Assembly (NCBI GenBank): GCA_049841275.1
Contig: JASGDN010000036.1
Coordinates: 10,173-74,172 of the forward strand
Length of the DNA stretch: 64,000 bases
Source: Thermomicrobiales bacterium
GTDB lineage: Bacteria > Chloroflexota > Chloroflexia > Thermomicrobiales > UBA6265
Direction: 5' to 3'
Shown here: one piece after another, positions 47,475-56,909 of the stretch
Layout of the letters: each line of letters starts with the position of its first letter
Numbering within the stretch: the stretch's first letter is position 1
Program-made: the position numbers and the translations under genes
The notes under the pieces: model-generated
Seen by the model: only the letters and a program-made list of their open reading frames with translations
What the model was told of the DNA's origin: nothing
The model's database searches: none

Positions 47475-47593
47475 AAGGGCTCCTGATGGGAGCGGCCGCG
47501 CCAAGACGGCTGCTCATCCGCGTATGGCGAACGGGTGGCTCGTATGCGCCAATGGTACGCGATTCACGGCCGCCATCAGGAGGCCGGCCCGCC

Positions 47594-47884
47594 CTACACC
47601 CGTTCGATGGACGTACCGCCCATGATCCCCCAGGATGTCGCCCGGACCGTCCGTCCATCGAACTCCTCCGGCGCGCCGTTGTCGCTCCGGCCTCCGATCA
47701 GCCGGATGCCCTCGACCTCGACGCGAACGCCGCGCGGGACCTTCAGGTGCACTCCACCCAGACCGGAGACGAGCTGGATCGAGATCGTTGGACTCGAGAA
47801 CGTCGCCTGCGTGAGATCGAGGTTGATCCCGCCCAGCAGGGAGATACGCGTCTCCGGATTCCCGGCAACAGGACCCGACGCCAT
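47594..47884 (-). CDS. LiaF/DUF2154-like C-terminal domain protein (possibly the 3' half of a frameshifted DUF1707 gene)
   Basis: ..ISLLGGINLDLTQATF..GGVHLKVPRGVRVEVEGIRLIGG.. is typical of the C-domain of DUF1707/LiaF-like proteins. Confidence 0.5.
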   Translation of the reverse strand: MASGPVAGNPETRISLLGGINLDLTQATFSSPTISIQLVSGLGGVHLKVPRGVRVEVEGIRLIGGRSDNGAPEEFDGRTVRATSWGIMGGTSIERV

Positions 47885-47907
47885 CGTGCCCGTTGGCTGT
47901 GGCGATG

Positions 47908-48108
47908 TCACCCCATCATCCGGGAGAGATCGGCAGCCAACGCCGCAAGCTGGCCGCGCGTGGAATCGTCCGTGATCGTATGGAGCCGCTCGAAGAGCTC
48001 GTCCGACGAGATTCGTCCTTCCGCCTGGGCGCGCGTCAGCCGGTCCGCCGTCGCCTCCCGTTCCGCGAGTGACGATCGAATGGCAGCCCCACCTTGTTGG
48101 TCGTTCAT
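47908..48108 (-). CDS. DUF1707 (SHOCT-like) domain protein, 66 aa (possibly the 5' half of a split gene)
   Basis: ..SLAEREATADRLTRAQAEGRISSDELFERLHTITDDSTRGQLAALAADL... ATG 48108 with AGGAAGGGG upstream. Confidence 0.55.
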   Translation of the reverse strand: MNDQQGGAAIRSSLAEREATADRLTRAQAEGRISSDELFERLHTITDDSTRGQLAALAADLSRMMG

Positions 48109-48446
48109 GCTGTGCCCCTTCCTGCGATTCCCGGTGTATCCGCACCACCACGCGAGACCACCATAGCGGCAGCGCAACATGACCCGAAGTGACGGCGATG
48201 CCTGTTCAGTCATGACGAATGTCACGGTTGCGCGGGCTCAGAACCGGTCCGCCGGACGATATACGGCTGGCATTCGGGAACAGCACGGCGAGCACCTCCG
48301 CCGCACCAGACCGCCATATGTAGGGCCGACACGAGGTCGGCCCGGTCTCGACGTTACGCAAGTCAGGCCAGGAGATGCACTGATGCCGGGTCCGCCGCGA
48401 CAATTCGCGGCAGACCCGGCACATCCTGCACCCTCTTCGTTCCTCG

Positions 48447-51161
48447 CTACAACGCGACGGTCCCCTCGTAGACGAGGTCCCGGCACCGCGCCTCGACTTC
48501 CGCCGGGTCGATGGCAAGCCGCGCCATGCCCGTCTCCTGCGCCGACTGCGCGACCGCCGCCGCGACCCGCGGCGAGACGCGCAGATCGAGGCTGTCCGGG
48601 ATCAGGAACTCCGGGCTCAGCTTCTCCGCCGACACGAGGTCGGCGATGGCGTAGGCTGCCGCAATCTTCATGTCGTCGCTGATCTGCCGCGCCTTCACAT
48701 CAAGCGCCCCCCGGAAGACGCCGGGGAAGGCCAGCGAGTTGTTGACCTGGTTCGGGAAATCGCTGCGCCCGGTCGCGACGGCAAACGCGCCCGCCTCCTT
48801 CGCCAGGTCGGGCATGATCTCCGGCGTCGGGTTCGCCAGCGCGAAGATCAGCGGATCGGGCGCCATCGAACGCACCATCTCCTGCGTCAGTGTGCCCGGT
48901 GCCGAGAGGCCGATGAAGACGTCCATGCCCGGCAGCACGTCCGCAAGCTTGCCCGTCTTGCCCTCGTGATTCGTCACCTCGGCGATGGCCCGCTTGGACG
49001 CGTCCATGTGACCCGGCCGGTTCGCGTAAATCGCGCCGGAACGGTCGCAGAGGATGATATCCGCCGCGCCGAGGACATTGAGCAGCTTGGCCACCGCGAT
49101 CCCCGCCGCGCCCGCGCCATTGATGACGATCTTGAGGTCCTTGATCTCGCAGTTCCGCAGCCGTGCCGCATTGATCAGCCCGGCAGCGACCACGATGGCG
49201 GTCCCGTGCTGGTCGTCGTGGAAGACCGGCATATCGAGCCGCGCCCGCAGCTTCTCCTCGATCTCGAAGCAGCGCGGCGCGGCGATGTCCTCCAGGTTGA
49301 TGCCGCCGAGCGACGGCGCGATGGCCGCCACCGTCTCCACGATATCGTCCGGATCGCGCTCGGCCAGGCAGATCGGAAACGCTTCCACCCCGGCAAGGGT
49401 CTGGAAGAGCACCGCCTTGCCCTCCATCACCGGCAGGCCGGCGGTCGGCCCGATATCGCCGAGACCGAGCACCGCCGAACCGTCCGTCACGATGCCCACG
49501 AGGTTCCCCTTCGCCGTGAACTCCGTCACGCGGGAGACATCATCGCGGATGACGTGCGCAGGCACGAGGGCGCGCGGCGGCACGTAGAGCAGGTTCAGGA
49601 TGTGGTGGTCCTTGATGGGGATCTTGCTCCGGATCTCGAGCACGCCGTGATTGCGCTCGCGGAGGTCGATCGCCTCCTCGCGGAAGGTACGCCCCTCCTG
49701 CCGCGTGCTCGGGCGCGCCGGATCGAGCCGCCCCTCGTACACGAACCGCCGCGTCTTTTCGGCGACCTCCTCCGGCGTCACGTCGCGCGTGGCCTCGCCG
49801 GCTTCGATCGCACCGCGCACCACCGCCGCCGCGATGGCTGGCGCCACCCGGAAGTCGAAGAGCGCCGGCACGATGTACTCCTCGTGCAACTGCTCGCCCG
49901 GCACCATATCGGCCAGCGCCCGCGCGGCATGGAGCATCATCCGCAGGCGGATGTTGCGGGAACCGCTGTCGAGCAGCCCCCGGAAGAAACCGGGGAAGAC
50001 CAGCGAGACATCCATCATGTTCGCGTAGTCGGAACGCCCGGTCGCAATCACCCGGGCACCACCGGCCCGCGCCACGGACGGCAGGATTTCCGGGATCGGC
50101 ACCGCCAATGCGAAGACGATCGGATCGGGCGCCATCGACCGGATCATCGCCTCGGTCACGATGTCGCCCGTGGAGAGCCCCACGAAGACATCCGCGCCCA
50201 CCAGCATGTCGCTCAGCGACCCCTGCTGCTGCGACCCGTTCGTCTCCTTGGCGACGTAAGACTTCGCCCAGTTCATGCGCTCGCCACGGCTGCGGTAGAT
50301 CGCCCCGGCACGGTCGCAGACGACAAGGTTCTTCACGCCGGCCCGCACGAGCAGGCGGGCGACACCGATCCCGGCGATACCCGCGCCACTGAGCACGACC
50401 TTGACCTTGTCGAGGTCCTTTCCCACCACCTTCAACGCGTTGTAGAGCGCGCCAAGCACGAGGATGGCCGTGCCGTGGTGCTGGTTGGAGAAGACCGGGA
50501 TATCCGCGCCCTTGTCGAGGTTGTCGGCGATGGTGAAGGCGCGCGGCGAGGAAATGTCGTCGAGGCAGATCGCCCCGAAGGTCGGCGCAATGGCGATACC
50601 GGTCTCCACGATCTCCCCGGCATCCGTGGTGTTGACGCAAATCGGCACCGCATCGACCCCGGCGAACGTCTTGAAGATGACGCTCTTGCCCTCGGCCACC
50701 GGCAGCTCGGCCTCCGGCGGCCCTCCTTCGCGGCCGAAGAGGTCGGAGCCATCGGAGAGGATGGCAACCGTGTTGCCACGGCAGGTGAGGTCGTAGGAAC
50801 GCCCGAGGTCATGATGGATGGCCATGCAGGCTTCCGCCACACCCGGCGTGTAGACGAGCGAGAGCATCGCCCGGTCGCGCACCGGCACCTTGGACGCGAC
50901 GCCGATCAGGCCGCGATAGCGGCGGCGATAGTCGAGCCCTTCGTCGTTCTCGTCGTAGACGAAGGTCCCTTCCGGCATCGACGCAGGTGTGCCATTCCGG
51001 CGCAGGACGAAGGAGATGGGAGCATCGCTGCGGTCGGTGAAGGCGTCATCCGCCAGTTCGGCGGTCTCGTCGATGCCCATCGGGGGAGCATCCTCGCCTG
51101 ACACGACGGAATCATCCGTCACGAGCACCGATGTCTCCTGCTCCGGTGTTGAGCGAGTCAT
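48447..51161 (-). CDS. Tandem double malic-enzyme-like protein (two complete malic enzyme units fused, 904 aa)
   Basis: Unit 1: VYTPGVAEAC, AEGKSVIF, LDDIS, VFSNQHHGTA, SGAGIAGIG. Unit 2: LYVPPRALV, TDGSAVLGLGDIG, MEGKAVLF, NLEDI, VFHDDQHGTA, NGAGAAGIA. Confidence 0.85.
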   Translation of the reverse strand: MTRSTPEQETSVLVTDDSVVSGEDAPPMGIDETAELADDAFTDRSDAPISFVLRRNGTPASMPEGTFVYDENDEGLDYRRRYRGLIGVASKVPVRDRAMLSLVYTPGVAEACMAIHHDLGRSYDLTCRGNTVAILSDGSDLFGREGGPPEAELPVAEGKSVIFKTFAGVDAVPICVNTTDAGEIVETGIAIAPTFGAICLDDISSPRAFTIADNLDKGADIPVFSNQHHGTAILVLGALYNALKVVGKDLDKVKVVLSGAGIAGIGVARLLVRAGVKNLVVCDRAGAIYRSRGERMNWAKSYVAKETNGSQQQGSLSDMLVGADVFVGLSTGDIVTEAMIRSMAPDPIVFALAVPIPEILPSVARAGGARVIATGRSDYANMMDVSLVFPGFFRGLLDSGSRNIRLRMMLHAARALADMVPGEQLHEEYIVPALFDFRVAPAIAAAVVRGAIEAGEATRDVTPEEVAEKTRRFVYEGRLDPARPSTRQEGRTFREEAIDLRERNHGVLEIRSKIPIKDHHILNLLYVPPRALVPAHVIRDDVSRVTEFTAKGNLVGIVTDGSAVLGLGDIGPTAGLPVMEGKAVLFQTLAGVEAFPICLAERDPDDIVETVAAIAPSLGGINLEDIAAPRCFEIEEKLRARLDMPVFHDDQHGTAIVVAAGLINAARLRNCEIKDLKIVINGAGAAGIAVAKLLNVLGAADIILCDRSGAIYANRPGHMDASKRAIAEVTNHEGKTGKLADVLPGMDVFIGLSAPGTLTQEMVRSMAPDPLIFALANPTPEIMPDLAKEAGAFAVATGRSDFPNQVNNSLAFPGVFRGALDVKARQISDDMKIAAAYAIADLVSAEKLSPEFLIPDSLDLRVSPRVAAAVAQSAQETGMARLAIDPAEVEARCRDLVYEGTVAL

Positions 51162-51410
51162 CTCCGGTCACCTCACTGGGGTTGTGTGTCCGATACGGGA
51201 CGCAGACTGACCGGGAAGCCCGTCGCCGACGGGTCCCGGCGAAGCACGGCCGGCGGACAGAGGACGTCGCACCCGGACGGCTTCGGATGCGCGTAGTCTA
51301 CACCAGACACAAAGCGAGGCTCCTGAATTCGTGCATAACGCACAAGACCGCGCCACCCCAGACGGAGTGACGCGGTCCTGCACAATGGCCCGCCCGATAC
51401 CGGGCTGCCG

Positions 51411-52025
51411 CTACCTGGCCGGCGAGGCCGTGGCCTCTGGCGAGGTGTGCGGCGTGCTCTCCGGGGATGCGGCCGGCGACGCTGCCGGTGAGGCCGCTGG
51501 CGATGCGACCGGCGTTCCGATCTGGGACGGCGCCGGGGTCGAGCCCGTGTCAACCGAGCCGATCACGGGCGCAACCTGCGTGGCCTCCTCGGGCGACGCA
51601 ACGGGTGTTCCGATCCCGGACGGCGCTGGCGTCGATCCCGTCGTCTCAGGCGTCCCGAGGACAGGCCCGACAACTGCGGTCGCCGATGCATTCGCGGTCA
51701 CCGGGGTTCCCCCCACGGGGCTTCCAGTGAACACCTCGGCGGTAGCCAGATTGGATGCCGGCGTACTTGCCCCGGTTACCGCTGGCGAGCCCTGTGCCTC
51801 GGGAGTCGAACCGCCCACCTCCGGAGTCGAAACCGTGGCCGGGGCCTCGGTCGGTGGGCTTGTCGGCACTTCGGTCGGCGCGCTCACCTCGGTCGGCGCC
51901 GGGGTCGGCGTCTTGTCCTTGTCCGAGCCACCGCCGCAGCTCACCAGCAACAGCGTGCTCAGGCTCAGCGCCCCCACGCCGAGCGCGCGTCGAACGCCGG
52001 TCGGTTGTCGTGTCCATGCACCCAT
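51411..52025 (-). CDS. Lipoprotein composed almost entirely of Pro/Thr/Ala/Ser/Val/Gly low-complexity repeats
   Basis: Lipobox LLLVSCGG. AAGGAG upstream of ATG 52025. Repeats such as GTPVASPEEA and GTPVASPAASPAASPAASPES. Confidence 0.6.
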   Translation of the reverse strand: MGAWTRQPTGVRRALGVGALSLSTLLLVSCGGGSDKDKTPTPAPTEVSAPTEVPTSPPTEAPATVSTPEVGGSTPEAQGSPAVTGASTPASNLATAEVFTGSPVGGTPVTANASATAVVGPVLGTPETTGSTPAPSGIGTPVASPEEATQVAPVIGSVDTGSTPAPSQIGTPVASPAASPAASPAASPESTPHTSPEATASPAR

Positions 52026-52357
52026 CAACCCGTTCTCCTTCACACAAGCATCGTGACCGTGGCAAAACGGTCCTTGCGAATGCAGCAATCGTCATGCGGT
52101 CCGGCAAGGGGATGCTCCATCACCGAAAACACAACGACTCACCCATTGCAACATGAGGGCCACTGGACATCTGCCCGGTCATGACCCTCCGCCTGTATAC
52201 GTCGCGATCCCACTTCCGGTCTTCCCAAGGCGTGCGTTTGCAGCATGTCCCTTGCTCCCGGCCAACCGAGCCAGTACCCTGCGCTCCTATTGGACGTCGT
52301 GGATCGGGGAGTCGCCCCCGAGCCGGCCGTGGCCGACATCATGAGGAGCAACCACCT

Positions 52358-53260
52358 GTGGGATTCGTACTCCAACCAGGCACCCGCTACGATCGGGAAC
52401 TCGCCGTGGCCATCGAAGCTGCCCAGGGAGCATCCGCCGCGATCCTCCCTTTCTACGAGCAGCACACCGCCCAGACCTACACCAAGGGTGACGGCTCGCC
52501 GGTGACCGACGCGGATTTGGCCTCCGACGCCTTCATCCAGAAGACGATCCACGCCGCCTTCCCGGACGACGCGATCCTGACCGAGGAGGGCGCCAAGGAC
52601 ATCGCTCGCGTCGACAACCCGCGTTGCTGGATCGCCGACCCGCTGGATGGCACCGCCCAGTTCGTCGCCGGCACCGACCGCTTCGAGGTCCTGATCGCGC
52701 TGGTGGAGCGTGGACGCCCAGTGGTCGCGGTCAGCGCCCATCCCCCCTCCGGACTCCTTCATGCGGCCATCGCTGGCGCTGGCGCGTGGATCATCCTCAA
52801 TGATGAGGTCGAGCCCTTCCGGATCACGCCCTCGCAGGAGCCGCCGCGTATCGTCTCGTCCAAGTGGTATCGGGGCCGGGAAGGCCGCGAGCAGATTCTC
52901 GCCGCTGCCGCCCGGCTCGGGGCAGCGGAACCGCCGATCATGGAGATCGGGTTCCAGCCGCGCGCCTTCGACGATTCGGTCCGCACCTACGATGTCTTTC
53001 TCGGGCTTTGGCCGGACGATATGGCCTCCATCGCCCAGGAATGGGATGTTGCGGCATCCGACCTGATCGTGAACGAGGCAGGTGGCCGCCTCACCGACTT
53101 CTGGGGCCGCCCTCACCAATACAACAAGCGCGACACCGGCATTGTCGGAGGACTCCTCGCGGTTGCCGACGCCCCTACGCACCAGCGGGTGCTGGACGCC
53201 TTCGGGACGATTCGCCCCGAAACTCCTCCCGCCAGCGAGGGCGCCGAACCGGGAAGCTGA
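52358..53260 (+). CDS. Inositol monophosphatase / 3'(2'),5'-bisphosphate nucleotidase (CysQ-like) family protein
   Basis: ..TKGDGSPVTDADLASD.., ..WIADPLDGTAQF.., ..EWDVAASDLIVNEAGG... GTG 52358 with GAGGAG upstream. Confidence 0.8.
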   Translation: MGFVLQPGTRYDRELAVAIEAAQGASAAILPFYEQHTAQTYTKGDGSPVTDADLASDAFIQKTIHAAFPDDAILTEEGAKDIARVDNPRCWIADPLDGTAQFVAGTDRFEVLIALVERGRPVVAVSAHPPSGLLHAAIAGAGAWIILNDEVEPFRITPSQEPPRIVSSKWYRGREGREQILAAAARLGAAEPPIMEIGFQPRAFDDSVRTYDVFLGLWPDDMASIAQEWDVAASDLIVNEAGGRLTDFWGRPHQYNKRDTGIVGGLLAVADAPTHQRVLDAFGTIRPETPPASEGAEPGS

Positions 53261-53358
53261 GCCAGGTGATCCGCCGCATACACGACATGGCACAGCGCCA
53301 ATCCTAATCGGATCGGCGCCGTGCCATGTCGTTCGGCAGGATGTCAGAACATATATGC

Positions 53359-54129
53359 CTACGCGCTGAGCTTCGACGCCGCGCCCTGATCGAGGATGAC
53401 CTCCAGCCGCTCGCCCGCACGCCGGAGGAACGATCCCGGCACGTCAGTCGTCTCCAGTCCTTCCAGCGACGCACGGACGATCTCCGCCTTGCTCTCACCA
53501 GACGCAATCAGCACGATACGCTTCGCCTGCAGGATCGTCCCCAGGCCGATCGTCATCGCCTGCGCCGGGATGTCCGCCCGGCCATCCCAATAGGCCGCCG
53601 ATTGCGTACGGGTGGCGGGCTGCAAGTCCACTACGCGCGTCGGGTCGTCCGGTCCGGAACCCGGCTCATTGAAGCCGATATGACCGTTCGGACCGAGACC
53701 GACCACGGCGAGTTCCAGTCCGCCAAAATGAGCGATCTCTCGATCGTAGCCCGTCGCCGCGGCCTGCGGGTCCTCCGCCGCGGTGGGCACGTAGTGGACA
53801 TTCGCCTCCGGCAGCTTCGCCGGTTCGAGGAAGACCTGCTTCAGCCAGCGGGTGAGACTCGCCTCATCCTCCGGCGTCGAGCCAAGATAATCGTCGAGGC
53901 AGAAGAACTGCGCCTGCGAGAAGTCGAGCTCGCCCGCATCGATCCGGCGCACCAGCTCGCGATACATCCCCAGGGGTGTGTCCCCTGTCGGCAGGGTGAG
54001 CGCCGCACCTGGCGTGCGCATCAGTGTCTCGGACACAGCGTCCGCCGCCAATGCGCTCAGCAAGTCGTAGCTGTCGACAACCGTCAGCGTGTAGCGCCGC
54101 GCCGCGCCAGACAGGGTTTCGGAGGCCAT
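53359..54129 (-). CDS. nagB: Glucosamine-6-phosphate deaminase
   Basis: LPTGDTPLGMY, FFCLDDY, GLGPNGHIGFNEPGS. Confidence 0.85.
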   Translation of the reverse strand: MASETLSGAARRYTLTVVDSYDLLSALAADAVSETLMRTPGAALTLPTGDTPLGMYRELVRRIDAGELDFSQAQFFCLDDYLGSTPEDEASLTRWLKQVFLEPAKLPEANVHYVPTAAEDPQAAATGYDREIAHFGGLELAVVGLGPNGHIGFNEPGSGPDDPTRVVDLQPATRTQSAAYWDGRADIPAQAMTIGLGTILQAKRIVLIASGESKAEIVRASLEGLETTDVPGSFLRRAGERLEVILDQGAASKLSA

Positions 54130-54282
54130 CGCGTATCATCCCATCGGCGACTTCGCCACTGCGTCATCGAATCGGGCGAGGCGACCCGTCGTCGCCTGCC
54201 ACATCCCGCATCCATTCTACCGAAATGCCCGGCGCCGTGACCCGCAATGGGCTGCACCACGCCGGTCAGGGAGCTTTCCGCC

Positions 54283-55410
54283 ATGCCGACCATCGCCGAT
54301 GCGCTTGCGCTCACCGAACGCTGGGTGGAGGATGGCGCCGTCCACGGCGTTGCGACCGCTGTCTGGCACCGTGGTGCGGTCGTCGCATCCCACCAGACCG
54401 GCGAGGCTGCGCCCGGCATCCCGGTCCAGGAGGACACGCTCTTCGCACTCGCCTCGGTCTCCAAACCGTTCACCGCCGCCGCCGTGATGCGCCTCGTTTC
54501 GCGTGGCGACCTCCATCTCGACCTGCCGGTTTCACTCCAGCTTCCCGCCTTCGGCGAGGTGGACGATCCCTTCGCGGACGATGTGATTCCCCAGCTGGAA
54601 GCGTTGCGCGACCGCATCACGATCCGCCAATTGCTCTCGCATACGGCGGGCCTGCCGGAAAACGCCGGGGTAAAACGCCTGCGCATGAGCGACCAACCGC
54701 CATTGGAGCAAATGCTGGACATCATGTGCGGGGTGCCGCTCCAGGACGCTCCTGGCGAGATGCTCCGGTACTCGAATGTCGGTCCCGCCGTCGCCGCCCG
54801 CGCCGCCGAGTACGCCACGAGCCTCCCGTTCCACACCATGTTGCGCGAGGAAGTCCTCGTGCCATGGGGTCTCACCGACCTCCATCCCACCGTCGATGCA
54901 TCCCTGAACGGCCGACTCGCCATCGTGCAGGACCCGTCGGCGGAAGGCACCCCGACCGAGGGGTACAACAGCGTGTGGTGGCGAAGCCTCGGCATTCCGT
55001 GGGGAGGATATTACGGAACCACCGAGGATGTCGTCCGCTTCGCCGCCTCGTTCCTCCCCGGTTCGGATCTGCCGCTGGACCGCGACATCGCCGACGAGAT
55101 GGTGACGGACCAGGCGCACGGCGTTGCGGGCGGCGTCTTCTCGGCTGGCATTCGCTGGCAGACGGCCTTCTGGGGACTCGGTTGGGAGGTAAAGGGAACG
55201 AAGCTCCGCCACTGGACCGGCACGCTCACCTCGCCTGCCACCTTCTGCCACTGGGGCCAGAGCGGCACCCTGATGTGGGCCGATCCCACCCGAGACCTGG
55301 CCGTCGCGATCCTCGGGAACCGGACCGTGTTGAAGAAGGCATGGCCCCTGAATCCGCCGCGGTGGGCCGAGCTGAGCGATGCCATCGTCACGAGCATCGA
55401 CGCCGGCTAA
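54283..55410 (+). CDS. Serine hydrolase (class C beta-lactamase / DD-peptidase family)
   Basis: S-x-x-K motif in ASVSKPFTAAAV, plus ..LLSHTAGLP... ATG 54283 with AGGGAG upstream. Confidence 0.85.
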   Translation: MPTIADALALTERWVEDGAVHGVATAVWHRGAVVASHQTGEAAPGIPVQEDTLFALASVSKPFTAAAVMRLVSRGDLHLDLPVSLQLPAFGEVDDPFADDVIPQLEALRDRITIRQLLSHTAGLPENAGVKRLRMSDQPPLEQMLDIMCGVPLQDAPGEMLRYSNVGPAVAARAAEYATSLPFHTMLREEVLVPWGLTDLHPTVDASLNGRLAIVQDPSAEGTPTEGYNSVWWRSLGIPWGGYYGTTEDVVRFAASFLPGSDLPLDRDIADEMVTDQAHGVAGGVFSAGIRWQTAFWGLGWEVKGTKLRHWTGTLTSPATFCHWGQSGTLMWADPTRDLAVAILGNRTVLKKAWPLNPPRWAELSDAIVTSIDAG

Positions 55411-55659
55411 CGCCAGGGCAGCGTCGACGATCGCGCCAGCAAGTCCCGCGCTCCGGCTACGATCTCCGGAGACCACCGACTGCGATCGCGATCCGGTGTC
55501 GTATCCTGTTGGGCAGCACGTCGCCCGCACCATCGGTCTTCGGAATCCCTACGCTCGAGGAGCAAGTCGTCGATGGCCCACTCTCCCCGCCCATCCGCTA
55601 CCCGCTCGCACAATCCAGAACCGGCAGCATTGGACCGCAACGGACCACGCGGCAGCCGG

Positions 55660-56796
55660 ATGGGTCTGGTCGCCTTCGCGATCATCCTCACCCTCGCCAC
55701 CATCGCCGTCCCATTCTCCGGCGTCGCCTCGACCTCCCGGGCCGGCGATGCCATCTCCGTGCCATCCACGGAGACCATCGCCGGCGATCTCAACGCCGCC
55801 GGCCGGACCGTCCGTATCGAGGGAATCGTGGAAGGCGACGCGAACATCGCTGCCGTCGAGGTCCACATTCCTGGCCGCATCGACCGTTCCGCCGCCATCG
55901 CCGCCGCGCGGGGAGACATCACCGGCGCCATCGGTGGCTCGTTGCGGATCGCCAGCGGCAACCTCGAAATCCGGGGCACCATCAGCGGCAGCCTGATCGT
56001 CCTGGCCGGAAACGTCACCATCCCCAGCCAGGCCCGCATCCAGGGCGATGTCCTGATCTACGGCGGCCAGGTCGATATCCGGGGCACGGTGGGCGGCAAC
56101 ATCACGGTCAACGCCGGAAACGTCACCCTGGGCGGCCAGATCGGGGGAAACGTGGACGCATCGATCAGCCAGTTGAACCTGCTGGACACCGCCAGGATCG
56201 GCGGCAAGCTCACCTACACGAGCCAGCAGACCGCCGATGTCGCCCCGAATGCGATCGTCACCGGCGGAACCACCCACGACAAGCCGCTGAGCATCACCTC
56301 CCCGCTCGGCCTCTTCAACAGCCTGCTGAAGGTCGTCTGGGCGCTGATCTGCGGCGCATTCCTCGTGGCGATCGCCCCGCGCGCCGCCTCCGCCATCGGC
56401 AAGGCCGGTCGCCGCATCCTGCCCGCTGCCGGGCTGGGCCTGGCCGGAATGATCCTCGGCCCGATCGTCGTGGTGATCCTGATCGTGACCCTGATCGGTC
56501 TTCCGGCCGGCATGATCCTGCTCGGAGGCTACCTGATCGTCCTCTACCTCTCCCAGGTCGTGGTCGGCATCGTGATCGGGCGCGCCATCCTCTCCGGCCG
56601 CTGGGACGACGGCAGCCGGGGCTTCTACCTGCTGGCCATGACGCTCGGTGTCGTCATCATCTCGGCGCTGCGGTTCATTCCACTGCCCTACATCGGTGGC
56701 GCGGTAAGCCTGCTGATCTCCATCTGGGGTGTAGGCACGGTGCTGCTGCTGCTGGCCCGCCTGCGGCCGGCTTCGGTCCTCGCCTCGCAACCCTGA
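55660..56796 (+). CDS. Membrane protein with bactofilin-like (polymer-forming beta-helix) repeats and a C-terminal polytopic domain
   Basis: N-terminal TM helix. About 200 aa of degenerate G-x-I/V-x-G-(D/N/S) beta-helix repeats (GIVEGDANI, GTISGSLIVLAGNVTI, GTVGGNITVNAGNVTLGGQIGGNV). Then 4-5 TM helices. Confidence 0.6.
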   Translation: MGLVAFAIILTLATIAVPFSGVASTSRAGDAISVPSTETIAGDLNAAGRTVRIEGIVEGDANIAAVEVHIPGRIDRSAAIAAARGDITGAIGGSLRIASGNLEIRGTISGSLIVLAGNVTIPSQARIQGDVLIYGGQVDIRGTVGGNITVNAGNVTLGGQIGGNVDASISQLNLLDTARIGGKLTYTSQQTADVAPNAIVTGGTTHDKPLSITSPLGLFNSLLKVVWALICGAFLVAIAPRAASAIGKAGRRILPAAGLGLAGMILGPIVVVILIVTLIGLPAGMILLGGYLIVLYLSQVVVGIVIGRAILSGRWDDGSRGFYLLAMTLGVVIISALRFIPLPYIGGAVSLLISIWGVGTVLLLLARLRPASVLASQP

Positions 56797-56811
56797 CCGC
56801 TTCAGAGCCTG

Positions 56812-56853
56812 AACACCCAAGGGAATCGCCGAATGGCGATTCCCTTGGGTGTT
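56812..56853. terminator. Bidirectional hairpin terminator
   Basis: aacacccaagggaatcgcc-gaat-ggcgattcccttgggtgtt forms a 19-bp perfect stem. Confidence 0.7.
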
Positions 56854-56909
56854 CTTCGCATACATTCCGTCACGCTTGGGGCAGGCGCCGAAGCCTAGCT
56901 CCAGCGTCG

